Source of the DNA: the human T2T-CHM13v2.0 reference genome, Homo sapiens
Assembly: GCF_009914755.1 (NCBI RefSeq)
Contig: NC_060947.1
DNA: 64,000 nucleotides
Reading direction: 5' to 3' (one strand)
Each line of letters begins with the position of its first letter. Position 1 is the first letter of the stretch. A model generated the notes under the pieces. The model had not been told where the DNA came from. It worked only from the letters and a program-made list of their open reading frames with translations, and searched no databases. Positions 1-14,199 of this stretch are shown here, piece after piece. A program made the translations under genes and the position numbers.

Positions 1-2503
1 CCAGTATCATCCTGACACCAAAAACCTGGCAGAAGTACAACAAAAGAAGAAAACTTCAGGCTAATATCCTTGAAGAACATAGATACAAAAATCCCCAACA
101 CAATACTAGCAATCTGAATCCAGCAGCTTATCAAAATGCTGATCCGCCACAATCAAGTTGTTTTTATGCCTGGGATGCAAAATTGGTTCAACATATACAA
201 ATCAATATATATGATTCATCACAGAAAGAGAATTAAAAACAAAACCAACATGATCATCTTGATATATGCAGAAAAGACTTTCAATGAAATTCGACAGCCC
301 TGCATGTTAAAAACCCTCAATGAAGTAGACATCAAAGGAACATACTTCAAAATAATAACAACCATCTATGAAAACACCACAGCCATTATCATATTGAATG
401 GGCAGAAGCTGGAAGCATTCCCTTTCAAAACCAAAACAAGGTTAGGATGTCTTCTCTCATCACTGTTATTCAACACAGTACTGGATGTCGTGTCCAGAAC
501 AATCAGGCAAGTAAAAGAAATAAAATCCATCCGAATAGGAAAAAAGGAATTCAAACTACCTGTCTTTGCAGATGAAATGATTCTACACCTAGAAAACCCC
601 ACAGGATCTGCCCAAAAGTGCCTTGATTTGATAAACAACTTCAGCAAGGTTTCAGGATGCAAATCAATGTACAAGAATCAGTAGTATCCCTATACACCAA
701 CATCATCCAAGCTGAGAGCCAAATCAAGGATGCAATCCCATTCACAATTGTCACAAAAAAAGTAAAATACCCAGAAATACAGCTAAGTACTGAAGTAAAA
801 GATCTCTACAAAGAGAATTATGAAACACTGATCAAAGTAATCAGAGATGACACAAACAAATGGAAAAACATTCCATCCTCATGAATAGGAAGAATCAGTA
901 TTGTTAAAATGACCATACTATCCAAAGCAATTTATAGATTCAATACTATTTCTATTAAACTGGCAATGACATTCCTCACAGAATTAGAACAATCTATTTT
1001 AAATTTTATATGAAACCAAAAAAGGCCTGAATAGCCAAAGCAATGCTAAGCAAAAAAACAAAGCTGCAGGTGTCATGTTACCTGATTTCAAACTATACTA
1101 CAGGGCTACAGTAACCAAAATAGCATGATATTGGTACAAAAACAGACACATAGTCCAATGGAGCAGAATAGAGAGCAGAAATAATGCCATGCATCTACAA
1201 CCATATGATCTTTGACAAAGTCAGCAAAAACAAGCAATGGGGAAAGGACCCCCTATTCAATAAATGGTGCTGGGATAGGTGGCTAGCCATATGCAGAAGA
1301 CTGAAACTGGATCCCTTCCTTTCACCATACAAAAATCAACTCAAGACAGATTAAAGTCTTAAATGTAAAACCTGAAAGTATAAACACCCTGGAATATAAC
1401 CTAGGTAATAGCATTTTGTGCATAGGACCTGGCAAAGATTTCACAATGAAGACACCAAAAGCGATTACGACAAAACCAAAAACAGACAAATGGGACCTAA
1501 TTAAACCAAAGAGCTTTTGCACAGCAAAAGAAACTATCAACAGAATAAACAGACAACCTCCAGAATGAGAGAAAATTTTTGCAAACAATGCATCTGACAA
1601 AGGTGTAATATCCAGAATCTATAAGGAACTTAAACATATTTCCAGGAAAAAAATCTCATTAAAAATTGGCAAAGGACATGAGCAGACACTTTCAAAAGAA
1701 GACATACAGGCAACCAAAAAGCATATGAAAAAAATTTTCAACATCACTAATCATAAGAAAAATGGAAATCAAAACCACAGTGAGATACCATCTCACATCA
1801 ATCAGAATGGCTATTATTAAAAAGTTGAAAAGTAACAGATGCTGGTGAGTGTGTGGAGAAACAGGAACACTTATACACTGCTGGTGTGAATGTAAATTAG
1901 TTCAACCACTGTGGAAAGCAATTTGGCAAGTTCTCAAATAACTTGAAACAGAATTACCATTCAATTCAGCAGTCCCATTACTGAGTACATACCCAAAGGA
2001 ATATAAATTATTCTACCATAAAGATACATGCAGGTGTACATTCATTGCAGCATTATTCACAATAGCAAATATATGGAACCAACCTAAATGCCTATCAATA
2101 GTAGACTGGATAAAGAAAATGTAGTATATATACACCATGGAATACTATATAGCCATAAAAAAGAATGAGATCGTGTCCTTTGCAGCAACATGGATGAAGC
2201 TGGAGGTCATTATCCTAAGTGAACTCACACAGGAACAGAAAACAAAATATCACATGTTCTCACATATGTGCATGCTAAACATTGAGTATATATAGATGCA
2301 AATAAGGGAACAACAGACACCAGGGCCTACTTGAAGGTGGATGGTGACGACTAAAAAATTACCTATCAGCTACTATGCTTATTACCTGGGTGATGAAATA
2401 ATCTGCACACCACAACATGCAAATTACATGCAGCATGCAAATTACCCTTAAAACACACTTGTACATATACCACTGAACCTAAAATAAAAGTAATTAAAAA
2501 AAG
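1..2503 (+). mobile_element. LINE-1, 3' part (ORF2 RT region to 3'UTR/poly-A), degraded, older primate subfamily
   Basis: ORF fragments 136-684 and 657-884 resemble L1 ORF2 RT ([24 protein letters not shown]); typical L1 3' end with AATAAAAG and A-rich tail near 2482-2503; many stops and frameshifts. Continues off the left edge. Confidence 0.93.
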
Positions 2504-2639
2504 AACAATCACTGGACCAGTTCCACTGAATTTGTAAAATAAAACCGTCACTTCATTTCACTTTATTTCATATACTTCATCATTCATTTTGTATATTTTA
2601 TGTTAAATTCTCAAGAAAAATATGTGCAATTGACCCCGA

Positions 2640-2695
2640 AAGAAGAGGCTTTTCAGAAGAGCATTGCAAGAAGAGGTTTTTCAGAAGAGCATTGC
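2640..2695. repeat. 28-bp tandem duplication (2 copies)
   Basis: aagaagaggcttttcagaagagcattgc followed by aagaagaggtttttcagaagagcattgc (1 mismatch). Confidence 0.9.
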
Positions 2696-3324
2696 AAAAG
2701 AACATTGAGAGCCAGTTACATCATAGGGCTTGGATAGGTCATTTCTCCTGTGCTAACCATTTTTTTTAATAACACCTTTCATATCTATGTGGAGGTTATT
2801 GAGATTCCATCTGGGAAAAAATATGTGATAAAATTGCATATAACTAACATGCACACTCTCACACAAATAGATGTGTGTTAAACGGTGAAATATGAAAAAG
2901 GTTGTTAGAGTATATCAATATTAATTTTCTGTAGTGATACTCTACTGTAGCTACAAAAGATGTTGCCATTGGAGGAAAACAGGTAAAAGAATAAGAGAGA
3001 TCTCTATTATTCCTTATAATTACAAATAAATCTACAATTATGTAAAAAAGTTTTTAAAAATGCATTGCATTCTTGTCCAGGGAGCTAAGAAAACTCACCC
3101 AATTGTACTCTTGCTATGTTCCAGTCACTGTGCCAGTGACTTTACATAAATTACCTCTAGGATAAAAGTATCTCCTGGCTTTCCCTGAACAGTCCTAATT
3201 ATTTTTACCTGTTGACCTAGGATCCCATCTAGCTTAACGTTTTCCAAAATTTGTCATTTTTAAAAATGTACTCTTATTACTGATATTTATGTTAAAATAA
3301 GCCAGAATGGGTTTAGGAAACCTT

Positions 3325-3820
3325 TAGTTCTTAGGGCTGCTGTGACAAATAACAATTTTGTTAGCTTAAGATGATACACATTAATTCTCTTACAGTTGTG
3401 GAAGTCCAAAGTCCAAAATTAGTTTTACTAGGCTGAAGTAAAGATATTGGCAGAGCTTTGCTTCCTCTGGAGGTCCAAAAGAGACTCTATTTTCTTACAT
3501 TTTCCATCGTCTGGAGTTTGCATTCCTTGCCTTTCTTGGCTCATGGCCTTTTCCTTCATCTTCTAAGTCTGTAGTGTAGAATCTTGTTTCAGTTTTCACA
3601 TTGCCTTCTTCTTCTGTAGTAAAATCTCTCTCTGTTTCCCTTTTATAAGAATACTTGTTATTACATTTAGGGTCTTCCTGGATAATCCTTGGTAATCTTC
3701 CTAGCTCAAGATCCTTAATGACATTTGCAAAGTCCCCTTTTGCCATATAAGGTAAAATTCACAGGTTCCAGGCATTAAGACCTGGATATCTTTGAAGGCA
3801 ATTATTAAGCCTACCACAGA
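3325..3820 (-). mobile_element. MaLR (MLT1-type) solo LTR
   Basis: MLT1-like text (agggctgctgtgacaaataac ... cacaggttccaggcattaagacctggatatctttg ... cctaccaca); similar to the element at 27785-28277. Confidence 0.7.
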
Positions 3821-3849
3821 TCTCCACTTTTTACTTCCATTTTTGCATT

Positions 3850-4306
3850 GTTTTTGTCTGGTAGTGTGTGAGACATCCTTGTCTTGTTCTGGTTCTCAAG
3901 GGGAATGCTTCCAGCTTCTGCCCATTCAGTATAATGTTGGCTGTGGATTTGTTATACATGGCTCTTGTTATTTTGAGGTACATTCCTTCAACACCTAGTT
4001 TATGGAGAGTTTTTAACATGAAGGGATGTTGAATTTTATCCATAGCCTTTTCTGCATCTACTGAGATGATCATGTGGCTTTTGTCTTTAGTTCTGTTTAT
4101 GTGATGAATCACATTTATTGATTTGTGTATATTGAGCTAAACTTGCATCCTGGAGATGGATCCTACTTGATCATGGTGGATACATTTTTTGACATGCTAC
4201 TGTATTCAGTTTGCCACTATTTTGTTGAGGATTTTTGCATCCATGTTAATTAAGGATATTGGCCTGAAGTTTCCTTTTTGTGTGTCTCTGCCAGGTGTTG
4301 GTATCA
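3850..4306 (-). mobile_element. LINE-1 ORF2 fragment
   Basis: Minus-strand ORF 3831-4112 [23 protein letters not shown]...[17 protein letters not shown] is the L1 RT region. Confidence 0.9.
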
Positions 4307-5127
4307 CTTAGTGATTTTATAGTGTTAATATATGTCTATATTTATTTTACTGATGGGAATGATACTTTTATTCTGCAATAAGAAACAAAAGGTCTCTAGT
4401 GAATGGTATGTTCAGTAATGTTACTTTTCTAAGAAAGTGGATGACAAACATTTAACTTAAAATATGTTTAATCAACATATACTATGCATCAAGAGAACTG
4501 TCATTATATCTTCTTCCAAAGGTAGTAATTACTTGAGGAACAATGTGTCAATTTATTACATGCAAATGCAAAAGTTGTGTTGACTTCTCATTTTGTGAAC
4601 AGATCTTTTAATTTAGATAAAATGACATTTCTTCAAATTTAATGATACTAATTTTGAATCCCACATTTTTGTGTATATGTTTTAAAAGAGGAGAAATAGT
4701 TGTTAATACTTTGGCTCCATTAGCAAAATAACTTAGCAAATAGTTACTGAAGACAGCTTAAAATCACTATAATTAGATGATTAAAACAGAAAATCAGTTC
4801 TTTTCAACTGATTTGATATTATTTTCATCAAATTCTTGAATAATTATAATAATTTTATGGAAGTTTATACTGATGAAATTGAAACACCTAGCCTCGATAA
4901 TTCAGGAAAAAAATTCAACATTGAGGACAGAATTATTGGTGATGTGGTGATAATGACGAATACACATATTGATAGAGCAAAATACTGTAGGAAGATCAAG
5001 GTTTTACTAAATGAAGAAAGATGTGTAGCAGAAATATAATCAGAATTGCTTGTGTAACACACATAATTCATAATCCTGTAATCATGATAAGGTATTTTGC
5101 AAATCAAAATAAAAATAGTTGTTGCCC

Positions 5128-5223
5128 AGATATACACAAGACATACACATACATATGTACACACATATACATCTATACATATATGTGTGTATAAATAAAC
5201 ATGTGTATATATACATATACATG
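5128..5223. repeat. Degenerate (TA/CA)n microsatellite
   Basis: atacacatacatatgtacacacatatacatctatacatatatgtgtgtat... alternating purine/pyrimidine tract. Confidence 0.75.
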
Positions 5224-6179
5224 TCACTATACTGTAGAAGCTAAAATATTGGTGATTCTTAGTTTTTGTGGGTGGTGGCTTCACGAATGTGAAAGAAAAG
5301 GAAAGAAAAAAAAGACAAAGGATGGGAAGGGGAGGAAATAATAGGACGGGAAAGAAAAGGGAAGGAAGAGGGACAAGCAGGGATCGATGACAAGGGTGTG
5401 TTGTAAACCAAGGACTATGATGAATTTGTGCATCTGAAATTCATATTTAAAATGTTTTAATGCTTTCTTTTCTACCTGTCTGACATTCTCTCTCTATGAA
5501 AACTGATCAAATGTTGGAAGGTAAGTTTCAAGTGTGGAGAGAGGCCAAGGTAGATGGCAAGAAGGAAGTTGGTAAATCAATTTGGGGTACACGGGCTTTG
5601 GGGTCCCTCAGGGACACTCAGGCGGTGATGTCCAATAGACAGTTGGCAAAGCTGATATGAGACACGGAGAAGGGAACAGCCTGGAGCTGTAGATCTGGGA
5701 GTCATCGGTGTTTACTGGAAATGAATGAGATCACACAGGGAGAGACAACTTGAGGACTGAGGAGAGAGGAGGCCCAGGACAGAACCCCAGGAACACCGCC
5801 ACTCAAGGTGGCAGCTCAGCTTCCTGGCAGGCACCACTACCCCCCGGGCTCTGGAGTCAGGCAGAGCCGGTATTGAAAGTGGGCTGTGGAGTTCTGGGGC
5901 TGAGCGCTCTTGGCAAAGTCCGGTACCTCTATGATCAGCTGTCACACCTGGCGATAATGGGCATCAGAGAGATATGCCTTGCGAGGATGCTGTGAGCTGC
6001 GTCAGGTAAAGCACCTAGGGTCAGAAAGCCACCTCTCCTCCTCTTCTCCGCGACCCCACTTTGCTACACAAACGCACCGAGACTCCGACCGTCCCCAGCC
6101 TCCGGTCCCTCAGGGATGGAAGGTGAGGTATGTCAGGAAAGAGAGGGGGGCCCAGCTCCAAGGTGAGGTGTGTCAGGCA

Positions 6180-6560
6180 AGAGCGGGGGCAGAGCTCCGG
6201 TGACGCGGTGCTCACGTGACCCGCCCGGCGCCTACGTGGGCACCAGCCCCCGCGCCCGCCCGCCAGCCCGCCCAGCGGTCGGGTCCGGGCGCCCGCGCAG
6301 AATCAGCTGTCTGAGCTGCCCAGGCGGCGGGGGAGCAGCGAGCGGGCTTCAGCGAGCCGCAGGAGGCACAGGCCTGTCCTGGGTCCCCGCAGGTCAGTGT
6401 GAAGGCGTGCGCTGCCGGCGGACCCTGGGACAGGGGTGGAGGGGGCTGGCAGTAGGATTGGGGAGGGGGCGGAGAAGGGATCCGGTAGATTGGGGAGGAG
6501 GGGGATGCGGAGTCGCGGGGGCGGGGGCAGTGGAGGGAGAACCCCCGAAGCAAGCCTGGC
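6180..6560 (+). promoter_or_regulatory. TCEAL2: TCEAL2 CpG-island promoter and first exon
   Basis: GC- and CpG-rich; TGACGC half-CRE at 6201, palindromic E-box TCACGTGA at 6212-6219, GC boxes; exon-1 donor CAG|GTCAGT after 6392. TSS not determinable from sequence. Confidence 0.8.
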
Positions 6561-6660
6561 TCGCCTTCTCGACGCCCCCTTGCACTGAGTCCTCCATCCA
6601 TTTTAGTGCTGGAAATGGGGGGTGGGGGTAGCGACCCCGCAGTGCGACAGTGAAACGTAG

Positions 6661-8100
<1,440 letters not shown>

Positions 8101-8276
8101 TGTCCCTGGCAGGCATTTGTCAGGCCATATGTTTTAACCTTATGGTAATACTTTGCTTTAGTCGTTCCTCCTGCTACCAGTAGCGTTTTGACCCACCTGC
8201 CAGTGTTTGCTTGCTCTATGTTTCAGTAGCAGATTTTCACACATGTGCATTGCAGAGACGTCATGATTCGTGGAAA

Positions 8277-8282
8277 AATAAA
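8277..8282 (+). terminator. TCEAL2: TCEAL2 polyadenylation signal (probable)
   Basis: AATAAA about 180 nt after the stop, followed by a GT/T-rich element. Confidence 0.65.
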
Positions 8283-9357
8283 GCAGCTTATAATATCATC
8301 TACAGAATCTGTCTGTTTTTGTTAAATACATGAAAGGTTAACAGTGGTTTTCTGAGTTGTGAGCTAGCAGGTGATTTCATTTCTTTGTTTTCTTTCTACT
8401 AATCTTTCTTTTCCCAGAGAACACAAATTACTTTTCTCACAAAAATAATAAAATATTTTTAAAAAATCAGAACAGTATGTAAAAAGCAAAGAGAATAACT
8501 GTCCAGTGAACTTATGAAGTTCAGTAGAGACACTTAACGTTCTTGTCAGAACTTAAAATGATAGGTAAAATTCACATTACCTACCTGTGGGACTCATCTG
8601 GAGAAGTCAATCTGGGGTTATTACAGATCCATTGCTCTAACGGACAGTCTTTTCATTTGTCAAATAGAGATAATACCTTGCTTTTCAGAACTGCTGAGTG
8701 GGTTGGATAAGGTAGAGAATATATTTGTTGGGTTGGCATCTACCTTCTCCCCTGCTCTAGCAGAAAAAAATACCCCCTCAGACACTTGGAAGAGGACTAG
8801 GGTAAATCTTACCTGTGTCCAGGAATAAGTCTAGGAAACTGAAAGGTGGGTGCCATCCTCTTTTAGACAATGTCATGTCCACTGGGCACTGTGCTCCTTC
8901 TCATAAATCTTGCACCCTCCTAAAGCTCACATTGATGCCGATGGGCTGAAGTTCTCAAGGTAACAAGGTCCAGTTGATTTCCAGTGAGCCAAGCCTACTG
9001 ACCCCATTCCACAACAACTATGAAAATGTGGATAAAGTCCCTTTCCTCACTTTAGAGTTATACTCGCCCAATAGGGTAACACCTCAGTGATGCTTCAGCC
9101 CCTGGGGGATTTCAGATTTTTAGTAAAACAATTATTTCTATGCTTGTTGGTTTGTAAGTGTTTGCATACAGCCATCTCTCCACCAAATTCAGAGATAGAG
9201 GCTGGGGTAAAATTTGAGTGGCACACACTCATCTGTTCTCATCTGTCAGTGACTTGTATGCTTGACTCATCTTTCCTTAGAGTAAATTCTCTTCTAGGAA
9301 AGTCCTTCCAGGTCCCACCTTACCAGTTTAACACCCCTACCCACATTTGTAATTTTT

Positions 9358-9530
9358 AGAGCAATGCTACTCAGATAGTGGTTCATGGACTAGCTGCATC
9401 AGCATCAACTGAAAGATAGTTAGAAATGTAGAATCTCACAGCCTCACCCCAGACCTACTGAATAAGAATCTTTTCTAGTTTTAACAAGATCTGCAGGTGA
9501 TTCCTGTACACCTTAAAGTTTGAGAAGCAA
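9358..9530. mobile_element. MER5A-like hAT-Charlie DNA transposon
   Basis: gcagcatc/agaaatgtagaatctc...ccccagacctactgaat...tttaacaagatc...ggtgattc...aaagtttgagaagca resembles the MER5A consensus; mirrored at 19593-19745. Confidence 0.75.
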
Positions 9531-10549
9531 GGTTAATGAGGAAACTCTTAGCCTCCCCAATTCCACCTTCTCATGATATATGTGCCTAGAAGGATAAATA
9601 CATGTGCTTCATAGGATGCACATCACAGATTTTTAAATAGACCTGTGTTTGTCAAACTGAAGTTTCACCTTCCTATATTTGCAGAGTTTAAAACAAATTC
9701 AGCAGGTCAAGACCTGCAATATTTTTAAATGAAATAGGATATAGTAGATTCAACCAGAACCAGATAGTAAACATCAGATTATATGGCAAGTAGGTAGGAT
9801 TAAAATTATTTTCTGAAATTTGTATTTCAGTTATGTATATTTGAACAATATGTTTCTGACTGTGGGGTGAGGTTTTTTAAAACTGAGGAACATTGGACTT
9901 TGCTTGTCAAAGCACAACCTGTTCTTTATCCTGGTACCCCAATACCTAGCACAGTGCCTGATTGATAAGTAATAGGTTCTTGATGAATTTGTAAATAATA
10001 ATACCTGAGTCAAGAATTCTTGTCCAAAATCATTCCCTGTCTACATAAATAACTGTGGACTCTATATCTCTAGCAGCATTTACTTGCAATTCCAAAAGAA
10101 ACACCATGGAGAAGGGTTTGTACCATGAATTTAACCTTATCTCATTTATTAATGCATTTTTAAAGTGTCCTAGTTTGTCACATGTCAGAATCACCATAAG
10201 ACTTCATCAAAACTGTGAATTTATAATCCCCATGTCAGATCCACTAGGTGGAGCTCTATAATTTCCATCTTAAACAGGCTGCCTGGGTGATTCTGATTCA
10301 TAATAAAGGCTAATCACCACTGATTTATATATTCATTATGATCTCCATTGTATTAACTGTAAACCATAAGGTAAGCAGAAAAAAGAATTACACTGTCTCT
10401 TTTTCGGTGGGGAAGGTGAAGTCTTTTCTAAGTTCTAAAACAAAGGTTAAAAGTAAAAATCCATAAAGTCAAGGTTTAATATATTTATTGCTTAGAACCC
10501 GAAAGTATCTTTAGAGCAAACCACACTTATAAACAAAGGCAAAGTCAAA

Positions 10550-13500
10550 GCATATCATAGTATAGTGTATTTCCTCCTCCAGATGCCATGATAACTGTGG
10601 CAGCTGAACAGTTCCACCGCTAAAGAAGACTCTTGGGACCCCAAATGGTCATGATTGCAAATCTACAGTTTGTTGGAGAAAAAAATGGATGCAACATAGC
10701 AACAGCATTAAGGAGAAACATCATAGTCAAAAGCTGTCTAATAGTAAGGGATCTGGAGTGGCCAGGTATGAGCTTTGATTATCTTCCCTCTTTATAATAG
10801 CCCTGGCAGGATGCACTTCTCTTTTCAGATAAGGAACCATTAATGTATGCATAGAATACCTTGAAACCAGAGAACGCAAAATAGTCTCAGTCAAGGTTTC
10901 TGGTACACTGCTGGTTATGTAAGCATATTCTTGCTATGTAGCCAGTCTCAACGGCAGAGCCCTTGGCAATGAGGTTCACTGAGACTAGGTTTAAATGATC
11001 AATCTCACTGTTATCAATAAAGCTAACAGGCTGGTAAAAATCATCCCAAATTCCTCAGACCCATGATTATCAAACAGCACTCTTAATCAATGTTTTGTGC
11101 CTTTACCATGGGTCAATGCCATGCAGGCACATTTCTTATTTTGATAAAAAGCTCAGGCAAATCTCAGCCCTACTGGAGTTCACTTTCACAAAATAATATG
11201 CTTTTTATCCTCCTCCTTACGATATGCATAAAGCTGCAGGCACAATTCCTAATGAGTACTATTAACATGGCCCTCACTCATTTGTGGATATCTCCCCATC
11301 TTCCCATCCCAATTCACTCTACATTCTTCTTTACCCTGCTCTGTCTCCCAAAGTACTCTGACCTATATGGACCACATCAAAGGGCTCCCTTGTCCTCTGG
11401 GAGCCAGCAGTGGTGAGTGCAGTCAGGAAATTTGTTTCCCAACTTGTTCCCTGCAGTGTTGTCAGATGCTGGTGGGGTCCCTTCTCCCAAGGTTCCTAGA
11501 AGGTAACCCTCTCCACATAGGCTCTGCACCTCCAACTTTGAGTTACCCCTCTTTGCCTCTGTCCCTCAGGCCTACCTCTGGTAATCTCACCTTTAGTAGC
11601 CATGGTGTATTGCACTACTCATTTTGGTTCTCTAATACCCTTCCCATACCTTTGTCTATTCTCCTTTATTAAGAACTGCCCTCAAATTTTCCACTGCAAA
11701 TGTACCCCCTATTTCCTGCAATGCACTTTTCAGGTACAGTAACAGATACAGGAAGTCACTCCAGGAATTGGGTTCCTTGTAAATTTGAGGGAAAAATATA
11801 ACCTACTGACAATAGGGTTGAGAACAGTAGGGGGAAGCTGTTAGGAGAGGTTCACATGTACACGGTATGTAGTAGTATGACGATAACTCATACACCACTG
11901 GTGGCATGGAATGAAGTGCGAGTGGAATCCAAAGGTTTGAGAAATCAAGTGGTTATGTTACTTAAGTACTAAAACAAAAATAATTACCAAGAAGTTTCTG
12001 GAGTCATCTGTGTTCATCTGACAACCCTAGAGAGTATGCATAGAAAAAAGAGGACATTGGAAGCTACAAAAATACAGCAGAGAACATATTTACAGCACCA
12101 GAAAGTCTCTAAGGCATTGTTGAAGGAGTCCCTCATCTTAGGGTAGATATAGCTGTGAACCAAGGCTAGGTCCTCATGGTGTTGTGGTTCCGCTGCCAAT
12201 TAAATGCTCTAAATGCAGTTGCTTTTACAATAAAGTAAGGACACTAGTAGAGAAGGAATAGAACTGTGATATATGGGATAGGGACATTTGTGCAGACATA
12301 CTCTGAGGCATTAAGAAATGCATTTGTGAGAGGGTCAAGAGCATCTTTGAAGTTTCTGTGGGCCTGTGCTTTGTAGGCTGGAGATGATGGTGCAGAATGC
12401 TGCAGTAGAATTGTCCTACCTCATCTTAATGTGAATTATGGAATCCCAGAGTGGTGGAAGTCAGGTGACAGGGCTTAATTATCTGAGACAAGGTGAGTGG
12501 AACTACCACAATAAGCCACAGGAATTGAATGGTAATTAGTGAATTTATGGCCCACAGGGATTTGTGGTGATAGCTAATCAGAGCATTCCTTAAAATGAAA
12601 TAATTGGGCAGCCTATTGGATGCTGCTTGACATATTCAGGCAGAAAAAAATTTCTAGATCTGCAAGAAAGTCTAACTCAAGATGCTGTAGCATGTTTTCT
12701 AAACTTCTTACCCAACTGAGGGGAAGGAAGGGTACGTCCAAGGTATGATCTTGCAGCCACTGGTGTATACTGTGACTCTTACATCAAACATTTCCCAGTG
12801 GGACCTACAGACACTTTTCAGAGTGACTGTGCACTAAGGAAAATAAAATACCAAAATCTTCTGGGAGTTATTAGCTAAAGGCTCAGGATTGAGGCTAATT
12901 TCTGGAGACCTCAAACTGTATCATAACATAATCAGATTGGGGAGCTTGTGAGATGCTGTGTAGAGGAAATAAACCAATAACTGATCTATATTTGGAAAGT
13001 AACTGCTGGGTGCTGGCTGGTACCCAACATCTGACTATGTTATTCCAAGTAACTATGCACCTAGAAATGTTATCATGAACTAGCTACTGTTTAATTCATC
13101 AAACCACATAACTAGAAATGCACAGCAGAATTCTATTTTAAGATGAGAATTATACATAACTGACTGAATTTAAATGTAACTAAAAGGCACAAGAAAACTA
13201 CATAAGCAAGAAGTTCAGACTCTCAAGGTACTGTCTGCTACTGCTTGGCCACCTCCCTATCAACCCACATTTGTGGCCTAATGGAACATTCCCTGTAACT
13301 AGAGAATAGAAAAGTATAGGTCTGTTTTATAGATGAATGTACATGGCATGCTGGAACCCACTGGAAGAGAAAGGCTGCTCTACTACAATCTCACTCAGGA
13401 AAGACAGCAGCAGAGGGAAATCTTACTAATGGGCAGAAATTTCAGTGATATAACTTGTTGCTCACTTGGCATGGAAAGAGAGACAGCCTGATTCATGAGC

Positions 13501-13730
13501 AACAGCACGTGAGTTGGCTGGCTTTTCAGGGACTTGGAAAGAACAAACTTGGAAAATTAGTGATGAGGAGGTTTAGTGGGGAAGTATGTGCATGAACTGT
13601 TCACAAGGTAAACAGCGTGCCAAAATATTTGTTTCTCAATTAAATAATCACCAGAGGGCATCTATTATGGAAGAAGTTCTTAATAATTAGGAAAAAAAAA
13701 TAACGTTTTTAGCAATGGTAGATCACCTTG
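10550..13730. mobile_element. Highly degraded ERVL-class LTR/internal remnants
   Basis: LTR-like pyrimidine-rich segment about 11370-11740, then internal-like text resembling the ERVL element at 40.9-48.1 kb (e.g. aatgggcagaaatttcagtgata...ggcttttcagggacttggaaagaac, RNase H-like). Boundaries approximate. Confidence 0.5.
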
Positions 13731-14199
13731 TTTCAGAGCAAACCCTCCCATGAAGAACTACTAGAAAAGCCGAACAGAAAACAAACAATCTGTTTGAAGA
13801 CACTGGGGAGATAACAAAGCACTGAAGACTTGTGTGACCAAAATTTTAAAGAGAAAATAATTCCACAGACATGAAACCTAGACTTGGTAGAACTTTTTTG
13901 CTTTGAGACATTTGTTGATAGGAAAGTTAAGGATATTAGGCTGAGAAGCAGTAAAGTTTTCAGCAGTTTTAAAAGGCTGGGACACAGAAATTGAAGTTCA
14001 GGTTCCAAGGGAGGAAGGGTCCTGGTATACGTCCTTGAATTTCAGTTGGTACCAGGTAACATTATGCTCTAGAAATAAAGGTAAATGGAAAATAAACCTG
14101 TTTTCACAATATCTAAAGCCTAGCTTTAAATAAGGTCAGTCCCAACTTGAATTAAGATGATCTGTTTCTGTCCTAACTGGGGACCTCAGACCTACAGTA

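Noticed and set aside
136-884. RT-like ORFs suggesting an active retroelement or a novel RT system
   Set aside because: Fragments of a decayed L1 ORF2 with stops and frameshifts.
1-4306. Plus-strand L1 and nearby minus-strand L1 piece as a twin-priming inversion
   Set aside because: The two pieces cover the same ORF2 region, differ in sequence and are separated by other repeats, so they are independent insertions.
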